A stretch of DNA of 64,000 nucleotides from an uncultured delta proteobacterium. Its GTDB lineage: Bacteria > Myxococcota > Kuafuiibacteriia > Kuafuiibacteriales > Kuafuiibacteriaceae. The notes under the pieces are model-generated. The model was not told the origin of the DNA, ran no database searches, and was given only the letters and a program-made list of their open reading frames with translations. The stretch covers positions 1,600,001 to 1,664,000 of the forward strand of contig CAWDML010000001.1 in the NCBI GenBank assembly GCA_963803435.1, read 5' to 3'. Of the stretch, positions 39,668 through 50,452 are shown piece after piece (the first letter of the stretch is position 1; each line of letters opens with the position of its first letter). The position numbers and the translations under genes are program-made.

Positions 39668-41398
39668 ATGGGATCGGGACGACTCCTGCTCGCGGCCGCC
39701 GGTCTGCTGACCGCCGCGCCGGCCTGTGATGACGGAACCACACCACAAGTGTTCATCGCGCGGTGTGTCGACGACCGGTCCTGCGCCCAGGGCGAGGTCT
39801 GCGTGGACGGCGAGTGCGTCCCCAGCGACGCACTCTCGTGTGCGGAGGTCGAGGGCGGCGCCGGGATCCTCCAGCCCGGACCGCCGCTGATCGACTTCGG
39901 CCACGTCGGCAACGGCACCAGCGAGCAGCCGCTGGTCCTGAGGAACATCGGCGACTGCACCCTCACCGTCTTCGAGGCCTACTTCGAGTCCGAGGATCAG
40001 ACGGCCTTCGAGTGTCCGTTCTGCGCGCCGGATCGCTTCCCCGTCGATCTGTTCCCGTTCCGCGAGCACGAGCTGAAGGTGTTCTTCACGCCCGAGCACG
40101 TGGGGAGCTACGAGGACACGCTGGTCCTGCTCTCCGACGACGTCGAGTTCCCCGAGATCCGGATCCCGGTCCGCGCTGTCTTTGACGGCATCCCCGAGCC
40201 GGTGGCCGTGCCGTCCTCGCTCGACTTCGACTACGCGCCCGTCGGCCGGACCATCTCCAAGACGATCGACATCCAGAACCGCGGCACCGGGACGGCGCCC
40301 CTGATCATCACCGGCCTCCGGATCGACACCGCGACCGACACCGCGTTCTCGTTCGAGCCCGAGCTCACCGAGGCGATCAACCTGCCCCCGTCGAGCCTCG
40401 ATCGCACCGCGAAGCAGACGCTCAACATCCGCTACCACCCGCGGGAGATCGACCTGCACACCGGTGATCTGGTGGTCACCACCAACGTGGGCGCGCTCCG
40501 GGTCCCGCTGATCGGATCGTCCCAGACGCCCGCCAGCATCACCGTGGCGCCGGAGCGGATCGAGTTCGGCCCGGTGCCGATCGGGCAGACCACCGCGCTG
40601 CCGCTCACCATCGTCAACGAGGGCGGCACGCCGCTCCGGGTCACCTATCACTGGGGCGGCACCGGCCTCTCCACCGACCTCTCCGCGCTGCCGCAGGTGG
40701 TTCAGCCGATCGCGCCCGGCAGCTACACCGAGATGCAGGTGCTGGTGACCGCGACCTCGCCGACGCCGATCACCGGTCTGTTGCTGCTCGAGACCAACGA
40801 CCCTTCCCACCCCACGGTCACCGTGCCGGTCTCCGCCGAGGGCCAGCCGGTGGTGGGCGCCCAGGTGGTCAAGATCGACATGAACTTCGAGAACGGTGAG
40901 GACAGCTTCTTCGACGACGACTTCCGGAACGTCGACATGACGCTCGAGAACCCGTTTGGCCTCATCTGCAACAAGCAGAACGCGAACCCCACCACCTGGG
41001 GGGCCTTCGGCAACCCGAGCTGGATCGCGTTCGGCCCCAAGGAGGAGCCCGAGCGCGTGGTGCTGCCGGACGCGATGCAGGACGGCACGTACCGGGTGGC
41101 CCTCAGCTACTACGAGGACTGCTCGAGCGTGCCCTCTGGGCTGGTCGCGTCGATCCTCGGCATCTCGGTCGAGGCCTTGATCGCCTACTTCTCCGGCGGT
41201 GCGATCGGCGTCGACGCCGGCGACGTCTCCGACGTGATCGAGAACCTCTGCCTCAGCCACAGCTCGTCCGCCGCCACCATCACCGTCTACGTGAACGGAC
41301 AGGTGATCGCGGAACGCCCGGTGACACTGGGCCGCAAGGGCGACTTCATCTACGCCGTGGACCTGGTCCGCACCAACGGCGTCTTCACGGTGCCGTGA
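39668..41398 (+). CDS. Lipoprotein with Cys-rich N-terminus and about 3 ASH/choice-of-anchor-D Ig-like domains
   Basis: Signal ending APAC; CVDDRSCAQGEVCVDGEC; repeated IDFG..V..L.N.G..L.I motifs; SDD/TNDP motifs. Confidence 0.8.
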   Translation: MGSGRLLLAAAGLLTAAPACDDGTTPQVFIARCVDDRSCAQGEVCVDGECVPSDALSCAEVEGGAGILQPGPPLIDFGHVGNGTSEQPLVLRNIGDCTLTVFEAYFESEDQTAFECPFCAPDRFPVDLFPFREHELKVFFTPEHVGSYEDTLVLLSDDVEFPEIRIPVRAVFDGIPEPVAVPSSLDFDYAPVGRTISKTIDIQNRGTGTAPLIITGLRIDTATDTAFSFEPELTEAINLPPSSLDRTAKQTLNIRYHPREIDLHTGDLVVTTNVGALRVPLIGSSQTPASITVAPERIEFGPVPIGQTTALPLTIVNEGGTPLRVTYHWGGTGLSTDLSALPQVVQPIAPGSYTEMQVLVTATSPTPITGLLLLETNDPSHPTVTVPVSAEGQPVVGAQVVKIDMNFENGEDSFFDDDFRNVDMTLENPFGLICNKQNANPTTWGAFGNPSWIAFGPKEEPERVVLPDAMQDGTYRVALSYYEDCSSVPSGLVASILGISVEALIAYFSGGAIGVDAGDVSDVIENLCLSHSSSAATITVYVNGQVIAERPVTLGRKGDFIYAVDLVRTNGVFTVP

Positions 41399-43353
41399 TG
41401 AGGCGGTACCTCTTCCTGGTCTCCCTCCTCGCGGGTTGCGGCGGCGCCAACGTCAGCGAGCCCAAGCTCGAGCCCAAGGCGCCGGGCCTCGAGTCCGCTC
41501 CGAGGTGGCTCACGTACACCTGCGTCGAGCCGGGATGCGACACCACGCTCACCGCAAACGTGAAGGTCCTCGGGGATCGCGCGGTGGCGGTGAAGCGGAT
41601 CATCCTCTCGGATCGGGACCGCACCGACTTCATCGCGACCACCGAGGACACCCCGCCGTTCATCCTCCAGCCCGGCGAGCAGTTCGCCATCGACGTGGAC
41701 TACACCCCGACCGGTGATCCGCGGCTCGGCGACGTCGATCTCCGGATCACGTACACCGACGCTGCGGCCTCCGAGAGCGACGACCGCGTCCCGCCCGGCG
41801 AGCTGGCGGTCCCGCTGGTGCGGCGGCAGATCGGGGAGCCCAAGCTCGCGGTGGATCCGACCATGCTGAGCTTCGGCGCGGTGCTCCCCACGGCGCGGAT
41901 GAGCCTGCCGCTCGAGATCTCCAACGCCGGGTTCGGCAACGTGGGCCTGGTGCTCGACGACGTCGAGATCGATCCGCCGGGCGATGTCCGGGTGGAGAAC
42001 CTTCCGCCGGCGGCGCTGGTACCCGGGGAGCGCTGGAGCCTGGACGTCATCTTCGAACCGCAGCAGGAGAGCTACCTCGAAGGCACGCTCACGCTCTACC
42101 CGGTGGGCGGGAGCTCGGCCCCCACGGTCGTGCCGATGATCGGTACCAGCATCTCGCAGGCGTCGATCCTGACCCAGCCGAAGAACGGGATCGACTTCGG
42201 GGAGGTCGCCGTCGGCGCGATGGCGGAGGCCGTCCTCGAGATCACGAACCGCGGGGCCGAGAACCTGGTGCTCCGGCAGGTCGAGCTGGGCTCGGGCGTG
42301 CCCGGAGCCGACCTGACGGTGATGCTCCCGAACGGGGCCGAGACCGCGACCATCGCCGCGCTCGAGACCGTCGATCTCACGATCGACCTGACCGCGATCG
42401 ATCCAGGACAGATCGACACGACGATCCGCATCACCTCGAACGATCGCCAGCAGCCGGTGGTCGACGTCCCGGTGGTCGGGCTGATCACCAAGCCGATCAT
42501 CAGCGTGACTCCGGAGGCCGTCGACTTCGGGACGGTCCCGCGGGGCTGGACCCTGGTGCAGTCGATCGAGGTCAGCAACGCCGGCTACGGCAACCTCGAG
42601 ATCACGAACCTCGGCTTGATCCTGGGGTCGAGCGAGCTGTTCATCCTGCGGACCGTGCCCACGCTCCCGATCGTGCTCCGCCACGATCAGCGGACCGCGG
42701 TGGAGATCGAGTTCCGCTCCGAGGCCGAGGCCAACTTCAGCGGCACGATCTCGATCGACTCCAACGATTCGGATCGACCGTTCATCGAGATCCCGATCGG
42801 CGCGGTGGGCGCCTCCTGCGACGCCGGCTGCCCCATCGCCAACGGCACGGCCTCCTGCGGCGCGGGCCTGTGCGCGATCGGCAGCTGCGACGCGAGCTGG
42901 TACGACGCGGACAAGGACCCCGCGACCGGATGCGAGTGCCGCGAGGTCGGCAGCGATCCGGGCGAGTTCTGCGCCGAGGGCGTGTACGTGGGCAGCCTGG
43001 ACGACTCGGGCGAGGCGACCACGTACACCGGCATCATCCCCGAGGAGACGGACGTCGACGTCATCCGGTTCTTCGGCAACGACAGCAGCCAGATCTTCAG
43101 CGACGACTACGACGTCCGCGTCACGCTCGAGAGCACGGATCCCGGGATCCAGTTCTGCGCGTACCGGCACGACACCGGCAACCACCTCACCGAGTGCTAC
43201 TGGGAGAACGAGCGCTGTCCCACCGATCGCGCCTTCCGGAAGGACGGTAGCCTGGGACCGGACGACTCGGCCGACTATTCGATCAAGGTCTTCCGCACGC
43301 CGACCAGCGCGCCGACCTGCACCACGTACACTTTGTTCCTGCGGAACGGCTGA
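41398..43353 (+). CDS. Lipoprotein with about 4 ASH/choice-of-anchor-D domains, a Cys repeat and a PPC-like C-terminal domain
   Basis: Lipobox LLAGC; LSFGAV, IDFGEV, VDFGTV; ITSND; CAIGSCDASWYDADKDPATGCEC; TDVDVIRF. Confidence 0.8.
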   Translation: MRRYLFLVSLLAGCGGANVSEPKLEPKAPGLESAPRWLTYTCVEPGCDTTLTANVKVLGDRAVAVKRIILSDRDRTDFIATTEDTPPFILQPGEQFAIDVDYTPTGDPRLGDVDLRITYTDAAASESDDRVPPGELAVPLVRRQIGEPKLAVDPTMLSFGAVLPTARMSLPLEISNAGFGNVGLVLDDVEIDPPGDVRVENLPPAALVPGERWSLDVIFEPQQESYLEGTLTLYPVGGSSAPTVVPMIGTSISQASILTQPKNGIDFGEVAVGAMAEAVLEITNRGAENLVLRQVELGSGVPGADLTVMLPNGAETATIAALETVDLTIDLTAIDPGQIDTTIRITSNDRQQPVVDVPVVGLITKPIISVTPEAVDFGTVPRGWTLVQSIEVSNAGYGNLEITNLGLILGSSELFILRTVPTLPIVLRHDQRTAVEIEFRSEAEANFSGTISIDSNDSDRPFIEIPIGAVGASCDAGCPIANGTASCGAGLCAIGSCDASWYDADKDPATGCECREVGSDPGEFCAEGVYVGSLDDSGEATTYTGIIPEETDVDVIRFFGNDSSQIFSDDYDVRVTLESTDPGIQFCAYRHDTGNHLTECYWENERCPTDRAFRKDGSLGPDDSADYSIKVFRTPTSAPTCTTYTLFLRNG

Positions 43354-43362
43354 GCGGCCGGT

Positions 43363-44268
43363 CTAGGCGCCGAGCTCGCGCGCCTCGATGTTGATCCGCA
43401 GGATCTCGGGGAACTCGTCCTGGATCGCGCCCTCGAGCGCCTCGACCGCCGCCGCCACCTCCTCCGCCGAGAGATCGGCGCGGAACTCGAGGTCCAGGTT
43501 GAGCATCACCTCCTCCGGACCGAAGTGCATCGTCAAGGGGTCCCGCACCGCCTCGATGGCGGGGGGGGCCTGGGCGATCTCCTTCACCCGGCGGACCATG
43601 GACCGGTCGGCGCTCTCGCCGACCAGCAGGTGCTCGACCTGGGAGACCAGGTACAACGCCACGGCCACCAGCAGGGCGCCGATGACCATGGAGGCGATCG
43701 CGTCGGGATAGACACTCCCCGTGATCTGCCGAAGAAGGATCCCGACGAAGGCGACGGCGATCCCGACCAGCGCCGCCCCGTCCTCGGCCACCACCACGAA
43801 GCGGGCTGGATCCTTGCTGTGGTGGAGCTTGTCGAGGATGCCGTGACCCCGCTCCTCCCGGCAAACCGCGCGAAGCGCGATCCACCACGACGATCCCTCC
43901 GCGAGGAAGGCGATCCCGAGGACGGCGTAGCTCCAGAGGACGGAGTGGAGCGGCGCGGGATGCGAGAGGTGCTCCATGCCTTCGTAGATCGACATGCCGC
44001 CGCCGACCCCGAACGCCAGCGCGACCAGCAGGCTGTAGAAGTACAGCTCCTTGCCATATCCGAAGGGATGGCCGGCATCCGGCGGCTTCTTGCTCCGCTC
44101 CAGCCCGACCAGTATCAGCGCCTCATTCCCGGTATCGACGACGGAATGGATGCCTTCGGCCACCATCGCCGAGCTCCCCGAGGCCGCGCCTGCGAGGAAC
44201 TTTGCGACGGCGATGATCACGTTCGCCACGATGGCGGCCATGACGGTGACCGGCTTCTTGCGCTCCAC
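43363..44268 (-). CDS. Cation diffusion facilitator transporter
   Basis: SGSSAMVAEGIHSVVDTGN, HPFGYGKE, VAEDGAAL, DAIASMVIG, LLVGESA. Confidence 0.92.
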   Translation of the reverse strand: MERKKPVTVMAAIVANVIIAVAKFLAGAASGSSAMVAEGIHSVVDTGNEALILVGLERSKKPPDAGHPFGYGKELYFYSLLVALAFGVGGGMSIYEGMEHLSHPAPLHSVLWSYAVLGIAFLAEGSSWWIALRAVCREERGHGILDKLHHSKDPARFVVVAEDGAALVGIAVAFVGILLRQITGSVYPDAIASMVIGALLVAVALYLVSQVEHLLVGESADRSMVRRVKEIAQAPPAIEAVRDPLTMHFGPEEVMLNLDLEFRADLSAEEVAAAVEALEGAIQDEFPEILRINIEARELGA

Positions 44269-44398
44269 GATCCTCGGGACGATAGGAAGCAACGGACGTG
44301 CCTCGCGCGCGCGCGCGATCCAGGATCGATCCAATTCCGCGCACTTAGATCGCGGCGTTGCACTGCAAGATCGGTTGCGGTACAAGTTCGCAAAACGA

Positions 44399-45085
44399 AT
44401 GACCCTCGATCCCGAGCGCAGCGCTCCGTTCGATCTCAGAGGTGGTTCCTTCGCGACCATGGTGCTGCGCGTCCGCGATCCCGACGACCGATCCTTCGTT
44501 GCGCTGCTCGAGACCAAGCTGGCCCAGGCCCCTGGAATGTTCCAAAACGCCCCTTTGGTGCTCGATCTCGATGAGCTGGCCGACCCCGACGGTTTTTCGC
44601 TCGATCCCTTGCTCGACGTCCTCCGCAGCCATCGACTGTCGCCGGTCGCGATCCAGGGCGGAGGGGAGGCGCTGCGGCGCGTCGCCTCCGAGGCCAAGCT
44701 GGCGATCATGCCGGGCAAGGGGATCGAACGACCGCCGGCCGCCGCGCGGGCCAACACCACGCGGTGGATCAAGGAGCCGGTCCGGTCCGGCCAGCGGATC
44801 TACGCCGCGCAGGGCGACCTGGTGGTCCTGGCGCCGGTCAGCTCCGGGGCCGAGCTGATGGCGGACGGAAGCATCCACGTCTACAGCGCCCTTCGCGGGC
44901 GCGCGCTGGCTGGGCTGAGCGGCGACACGAACGCGCACATCTTCGTCCACTGTCTCGAGGCGGAGCTGGTGTCGATCGCCGGGCTGTACAAGGTGAGCGA
45001 GGCGTTCGAAGCCTCGTTCCACAAGAAGAACGTGCACATCTACCTCGAGGGCGACACCCTCAAGATGGACGTGCTTGCGCATTGA
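44399..45085 (+). CDS. minC: Septum site-determining protein MinC
   Basis: QAPGMFQNAPLVLDL; PVRSGQRIYA..DLVV..VSSGAELMADGSIHVYSALRGRALAG..LEAELVSIAG. Confidence 0.95.
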   Translation: MTLDPERSAPFDLRGGSFATMVLRVRDPDDRSFVALLETKLAQAPGMFQNAPLVLDLDELADPDGFSLDPLLDVLRSHRLSPVAIQGGGEALRRVASEAKLAIMPGKGIERPPAAARANTTRWIKEPVRSGQRIYAAQGDLVVLAPVSSGAELMADGSIHVYSALRGRALAGLSGDTNAHIFVHCLEAELVSIAGLYKVSEAFEASFHKKNVHIYLEGDTLKMDVLAH

Positions 45086-45101
45086 GTGAGGAGGTTTCCG
45101 A

Positions 45102-45917
45102 GTGGCAACAGTCATCGTCATGACTTCGGGAAAAGGCGGCGTCGGTAAGACGACCTCGAGCGCTGCTTTCGCGACGGGACTCGCGCTGCGAGGCAACAAG
45201 ACCGTCGTCATCGACTTCGACGTCGGGCTCCGCAACCTGGACCTCGTGATGGGGTGCGAGCGGCGGGTCGTCTTCGACTTCATCAACGTGATCAACGGAG
45301 AGGCGAAGCTCCACCAGACGTTGATCAAGGATAAACGGGTCGAGAACCTCTACATCCTCCCCACCTCCCAGACCCGGGACAAGGACGCCCTCAGCCGGGA
45401 GGGGGTGGAGAAGGTGCTGGACGAGCTGAAGCAGGAGTTCGACTACATCCTCTGCGACTCACCCGCCGGCATCGAGAAGGGCGCGCTCATGGCGCTCTAT
45501 TTCGCGGATCACGCGATCGTGGTGACGAACCCGGAGGTCTCGTCGGTGCGCGACAGTGACCGCATCATCGGGGTGCTGGCCGCCAAGTCCCGCCGCGCCG
45601 AGGAGAATCTCGACCCGGTGAAGACGCACCTCCTGCTCGCGCGCTACGACCCGGCCCGGGTCGAGCGCGGCGACATGCTGCGGGTCGACGACGTCCTCGA
45701 GATCCTCTCGATCCCGCTGCTCGGCGTGATCCCGGAGAGCCAGGCGGTGCTGCGCGCGTCGAACACCGGCACGCCCGTCATCCTCGACGACAAGTCCACG
45801 GCCGGGCAGGCGTACGCCGACGCGGTCGCGCGGTTCCTGGGCGAGCAGGTCGAGCACCGCTTCACCGATCCTCCGAAGAAGGGCTTCTTCTCGAAGCTCC
45901 TCGGGAGGAGCGCATGA
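45102..45917 (+). CDS. minD: Septum site-determining ATPase MinD
   Basis: TSGKGGVGKTT, DFDVGLRNLDLVMGCERRVVFD, DSPAGIE, NPEVSSVRDSDR, C-terminal membrane-targeting helix KGFFSKLLG. Confidence 0.98.
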   Translation: MATVIVMTSGKGGVGKTTSSAAFATGLALRGNKTVVIDFDVGLRNLDLVMGCERRVVFDFINVINGEAKLHQTLIKDKRVENLYILPTSQTRDKDALSREGVEKVLDELKQEFDYILCDSPAGIEKGALMALYFADHAIVVTNPEVSSVRDSDRIIGVLAAKSRRAEENLDPVKTHLLLARYDPARVERGDMLRVDDVLEILSIPLLGVIPESQAVLRASNTGTPVILDDKSTAGQAYADAVARFLGEQVEHRFTDPPKKGFFSKLLGRSA

Positions 45918-46204
45918 GGCTCTTCGACTTCTTTCGTCTCTCCTCGGGGCAGAGACGAAGCGCAGACGAGGCGAAGGAGCGCCTTCAGCTGCTGCTCTCT
46001 CACGAGCGGGCGCACCGCCACGGGCCCGACTTTCTGCCGATGCTCCAGAAGGAGCTCGTGGCGGTGATCTGCAAGTACGTCGAGATCGACACCGACCGGG
46101 TCGAGGTGAAGCTCGAGTCGAACGGCGACATCTCCATGCTCGAGGTCAACATCGAGCTCCCCAGCCCGAGAATCGAGAGTATTCCGTGCGTCCCCGCGAG
46201 GTAG
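45914..46204 (+). CDS. minE: Topological specificity factor MinE
   Basis: SADEAKERLQLLLSHER..PDFLPMLQKELVAVICKYV..LEVNIELP. Confidence 0.95.
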   Translation: MRLFDFFRLSSGQRRSADEAKERLQLLLSHERAHRHGPDFLPMLQKELVAVICKYVEIDTDRVEVKLESNGDISMLEVNIELPSPRIESIPCVPAR

Positions 46205-47034
46205 CCACCGCCATCAAAGACGCCGTCAAGGCGGCCATCGAAGAGCGCGCCCGACCCGGCTCCGCGATCCACGCGCTCGAGCGCGCGCGCTCGCTGGTGG
46301 GCGCGTCTCGAAAGATCCGCTACGACGCCAAGCCCGCCGAGTTCGAGGATGATGTCGCCGAGATGTGGTTCCCGGCGATCGGGACGGATCAGGTCCGGCG
46401 GGCCAACGAGGCGTTCTTCGCCCGCATGTCTCGAGATCACGAGCAGCTCTTCCAACACTCCCGTGATCTCAAGGACCGCGCGATCCCCTCCTGGCTCTTC
46501 GCAGACGCCGAGGCGATCGACGGCAAGAAGGTCCTCGAGATCGGCTGCCAGGCCGGCGAGCTGGCCAAGCGTCTGGCTCCGCGGGCGAAGGCGTGGGTGG
46601 GTATCGACGAGAGCACCGCAGCGCTCAGGCTGGCGCGGCTGGTCTCTCCGGAGAATGCGACCTTCGTGCATCCCTCGCAGCAGGTGTCCCTCGCCGTTCA
46701 CCACGGATTGATCGACACGGTGGTGGGCCGCGCGATGCTCGTCCACGCGAACGTGGAGGAGGCGAAGGAGCTGCTGGGCTTCCTGGCGCCGTTCCTCGAG
46801 ACCGGCGGCCGCGTCTACGCCGAGCTCTTCTTCCCCAACCCCGAGATCACGCGGAGCCGCGTCTATCCGGCCGCACATCCGCCCGCCGACGATCCGGAGA
46901 CGCTGTTCGCCTACTCTCGATCCAACATCGAGGCCGTGATCCGGCAGCGGCCGTTCGTGATCCTCCGGGACGACGAGCGCCCCGACCTCGAGCGCCGCTT
47001 TGTGGTCTTCGAGAAGACCGAGATCGAGGAGTGA
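46186..47034 (+). CDS. Class I SAM-dependent methyltransferase-like protein
   Basis: KVLEIGCQAGEL..WVGIDES..LRLAR; FLETGGRVY. Confidence 0.75.
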   Translation: MRPREVATAIKDAVKAAIEERARPGSAIHALERARSLVGASRKIRYDAKPAEFEDDVAEMWFPAIGTDQVRRANEAFFARMSRDHEQLFQHSRDLKDRAIPSWLFADAEAIDGKKVLEIGCQAGELAKRLAPRAKAWVGIDESTAALRLARLVSPENATFVHPSQQVSLAVHHGLIDTVVGRAMLVHANVEEAKELLGFLAPFLETGGRVYAELFFPNPEITRSRVYPAAHPPADDPETLFAYSRSNIEAVIRQRPFVILRDDERPDLERRFVVFEKTEIEE

Positions 47035-47055
47035 GCCGCCGTTGGTTCGGGGCGC

Positions 47056-47298
47056 CTAACGCGCCCGCGCGCAGATCGCCGAGCTCAACCGGATCGCGAT
47101 GCTCTCGAGCCCGTCCTCTGGTCGCACCGGAAGCTCCACCTCGCGGCTGGCGATCCAGGCCCCCGACCCACCCGTCCAACGGGCTCGGATCACCGCGCGA
47201 ACCGGGTCCTCCGAGACCGTCACGAAGTGCTGAAGGCATGGGTCGGCGCGCGTGAGCGCGTCCCGAAGGGCCACAGCGATCTGCTCGGTTCGTCTCAT
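47056..47298 (-). CDS. Small hypothetical protein
   Basis: ATG at 47298 with a GGGGAG RBS-like sequence upstream; plausible 80-aa product. Confidence 0.4.
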   Translation of the reverse strand: MRRTEQIAVALRDALTRADPCLQHFVTVSEDPVRAVIRARWTGGSGAWIASREVELPVRPEDGLESIAIRLSSAICARAR

Positions 47299-47487
47299 CC
47301 TGCCAAACTCCCCCTGGAATGTGGGAGGAGACCAGTGCACCTCGCGGGCCAACACGCCCATTCTCGACAGGGTTGGACGCCGTTACGGGCTGGGATCGGG
47401 CCGGGCGCCGAAGGATCCCCCCATCGGACAGTTGTCGGCACAGGATTCCTTGCACTCCTTGGTGGTCCATCGCAATGAATGCACGCC

Positions 47488-50440
47488 ATGCCCACGCCCA
47501 GGTTGTTCATCGCCCTGCTCTTCGTCGCGATTCCCAGCGCGGCCTTCGCCTTCCGCCAGCCGGACGATCGCAGCGCCACGATCGAGCTCGCCAGCGGCGC
47601 GCCTGTTCGTCCCCAGGTCGCCGTCTCCTATCGGGCACCCGCCGATTCGGCCGCGTGGAACACGTTTCTGACCCGGGCGGGGGGTCACTGGCAGTCGATG
47701 TGGGATCGGGACACCGGCGTACCGCTCCGCATCTGGGGGAGCGGGATCGCCGCGCCGAAGAGCATGGGATCTCCCGCAGCCGCCGAGCGCGCCGCCCGCG
47801 CGATCCTCGCCGAGCATCTGGCGCTGCTGGCACCGGGGGCCGCGATCGAGGACTTCGCGGTGGCCGGCAACGTCCTCTCCGACGGCGTCCGCAGCGTCGG
47901 CTTCGTCCAGATGAAGGACGGCGCTCCCGTCGCGCAGGGACAGGTGAGCTTCCGCTTCAAGAAGGATCGGATGATCGCGATCGGATCCGAGGCGTTTCCC
48001 AATCTCTCCCTCGAGATCGAGGCCCCGCGGATCTCCGGACCGCAGGCCGCGCAAGCCGCCTTGCAGTGGACACCCGGCCGCTTCGACCGGGTGAATGATC
48101 CCGTGGTGCGCGCGGTCGTTCTCGCGGACGGGGGCATCGTGGCCGCCCACGTGATCCCGGTGATCGTGTGGACCTCGTCGCCGATCGGCCGCTGGGAGGT
48201 CGACATCGACGCGGCGACCGGGCGGCCGTTCGCGCGCCGCCAGACGCTCATGTTCGCGACCGGTACGCTCCGCTACAACGTGCCCGAGCGCTACCCGAGG
48301 AGCACACGCTACGACGCACCTGCGCCCCTCACCTCGGTCACGGTCGACGGCGCGGCTCTCATGACCGCCGAGGACGGATCGCTGGTCTGGCCGGCCGGCA
48401 CCAGCACCACGGCCCGGCTTCAGACCTCCATCAGCGGCTCGCTGGTCAACATCAACAACGAGGCCGGCCTCACCGCCAGCACCACGCTCTCGCTCACCGA
48501 CGGCGGCAGCGCGGTGTGGAACGAGTCGACCGACGAGATGCGGGACGCCCAGGTGACCGCGTTCATCGCGGCGCGGAACGCCCGCGATCGCGCCCGCATC
48601 ATCGCGCCGCAGCTGCCGTTCCTCCAGACCCAGCTCCAGGTCTACGTGAACATCGACGACGTCTGTAACGCCTACTCGGACGGCGAAACGATCAACTTCT
48701 TCCGGTCGGGCATGGGCTGCGAGAACACCGCCCGCCTCACGGACGTGGTGACCCACGAGTACGGCCACTCGATCCACTTCCACGCGATCATCCGAGGCGT
48801 CGGTGAGTTCGAGACGGCGCTCAGCGAGGGCGGCGCCGACTACCTGGCCGCCACCCGGGTCAACGACTCAGGCATGGGCCGCGGCTTCTTCTTCACCAAC
48901 CAGCCGCTCCGTGAGCTCGATCCCGTGGGCAGCGAGGCTACCTGGCCCAGCTCCAGCCGCGATCCGCACGAGGTCGGCCTCACCTATGCCGGGTCGATGT
49001 GGGACGTCCGCAAGCACTTCATCGAGAAGTATGGGATGGAGCGCGGCGTCGAGATGACCGACCTGCTCTGGTACGGCGTCTTCCAGCGCGCCTCCTCGAT
49101 CCCGACCAGCTACGTCGAGGTCCTGGTCGGCAACGACGACGACGGCGATCTCAGCAACGGCACGCCCGACATGTGCGAGATCACCGATATCTTCCGTGCC
49201 CACGGGCTCGCGAGCGCCGCCGACAGCGGCCTCAGCATCGGCTCGGTGTCGCTGTCCGACTGGAAGGTCGCGATCCCGGTGACCGAGGCGGGGCTCTGCC
49301 CGGGCTTCGAGATCTCGAGCGCCAAGCTCGCGTGGAGCCTCCGCGGCCAGGCGGACAGCGGCGAGTCGGTCGACATGACCCGGAACGCCGGCGTCTTCGA
49401 GGGGACGATCCCACCGCAGGCCGACGGCCAGGTGCTTCGGTATCGGGTCGAGCTCGACTTCGCGAACGGCGACGTCCTCCACTTCCCGGACAACCCGGCG
49501 GAATCCCGAGTACGAGACGTTCATCGGCGAGGTCACGCCGATCTACTGCACCGACTTCGAGGCCGATCCGGTCGAGGAGGGCTGGTCGCACCAGATGCTG
49601 AGCGGCCAGGGCAACCGGGCGCACGACGAGTGGGAGTGGGGCGAGCCGAGCTCCGATCCCTCGACGGGTGATCCGACGCGCGCGTTCTCGGGCCAGAACG
49701 TGGTCGGGAACGATCTCGGCCTCATGGGTCTCGGCACCTACCAGCGAAACAAGGTCGAGGAGCTGACCTCGCCCCTGATCGACGTCAGCGGGCACGAACA
49801 GGTTCGACTCCAGTATCGACGCTGGCTCACCGTCGAGGACGGCGACTTCGATCAGGCCGAGATCCTCTCGGGCGACACGCAGCTGTGGACCAACCTCGCC
49901 AGCGGCGGCCGCGGCCTCGACCACGTCGATCGCGAGTGGCGGTTCCACGACGTTGACCTCACCAGCGCGGCGGCGCAGAACGGCGGACAGATCCAGCTGA
50001 CCTACCGCCTCACCAGCGACGGCGGCGTCCAGCTCGGCGGGTGGACCCTCGACGACTTCTGCATCGTCGGCGTCGAGGGCCCCACCTCCCGCTGCGGGGA
50101 CGGCAAGGTCGATGCGGGCGAGGCATGCGACGACGGCAACACCGCGCCCGGCGACGGCTGCGAGGCCGACTGCACCCTCCCGGCTGGACCGATGTGCGGC
50201 AACGCGATCGTCGAGGCGGGCGAGCAGTGCGACGACGGCAACGGCGCCTCCGGCGATGGATGCGAGCCTAGCTGCGTGATCTCGTCGACGCCGGATCCCG
50301 AGGAGCCGAAGCTGCTCCAGGACGAATCAGGTTGCGCGTGCACGGCCCACCACGCGGGCCCGAGCAGCAGCGCTTCGCTGTGGATCGTGCTCGCGATGGG
50401 GATCGTGCTCGTCGTTCGGCGGCGTTCGTCTCGCGCTTGA
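47488..50440 (+). CDS. MYXO-CTERM-anchored M36/M4-like zinc metalloprotease, one frameshift near 49501
   Basis: Signal + propeptide; CNAYSDG; DVVTHEYGH; ALSEGGADY; DPHEVG; CGDGKVDAGEACDDGN repeats; SGCAC..LWIVLAMGIVLVVRRR. Confidence 0.88.
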
Positions 50441-50452
50441 ATCTCGAGATGA

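Noticed and set aside
35642-39966. 1024-aa and 739-aa minus-strand ORFs
   Set aside because: Only the C-terminal parts (pdxJ, folP) are real; the rest are stop-poor shadow frames typical of high GC.
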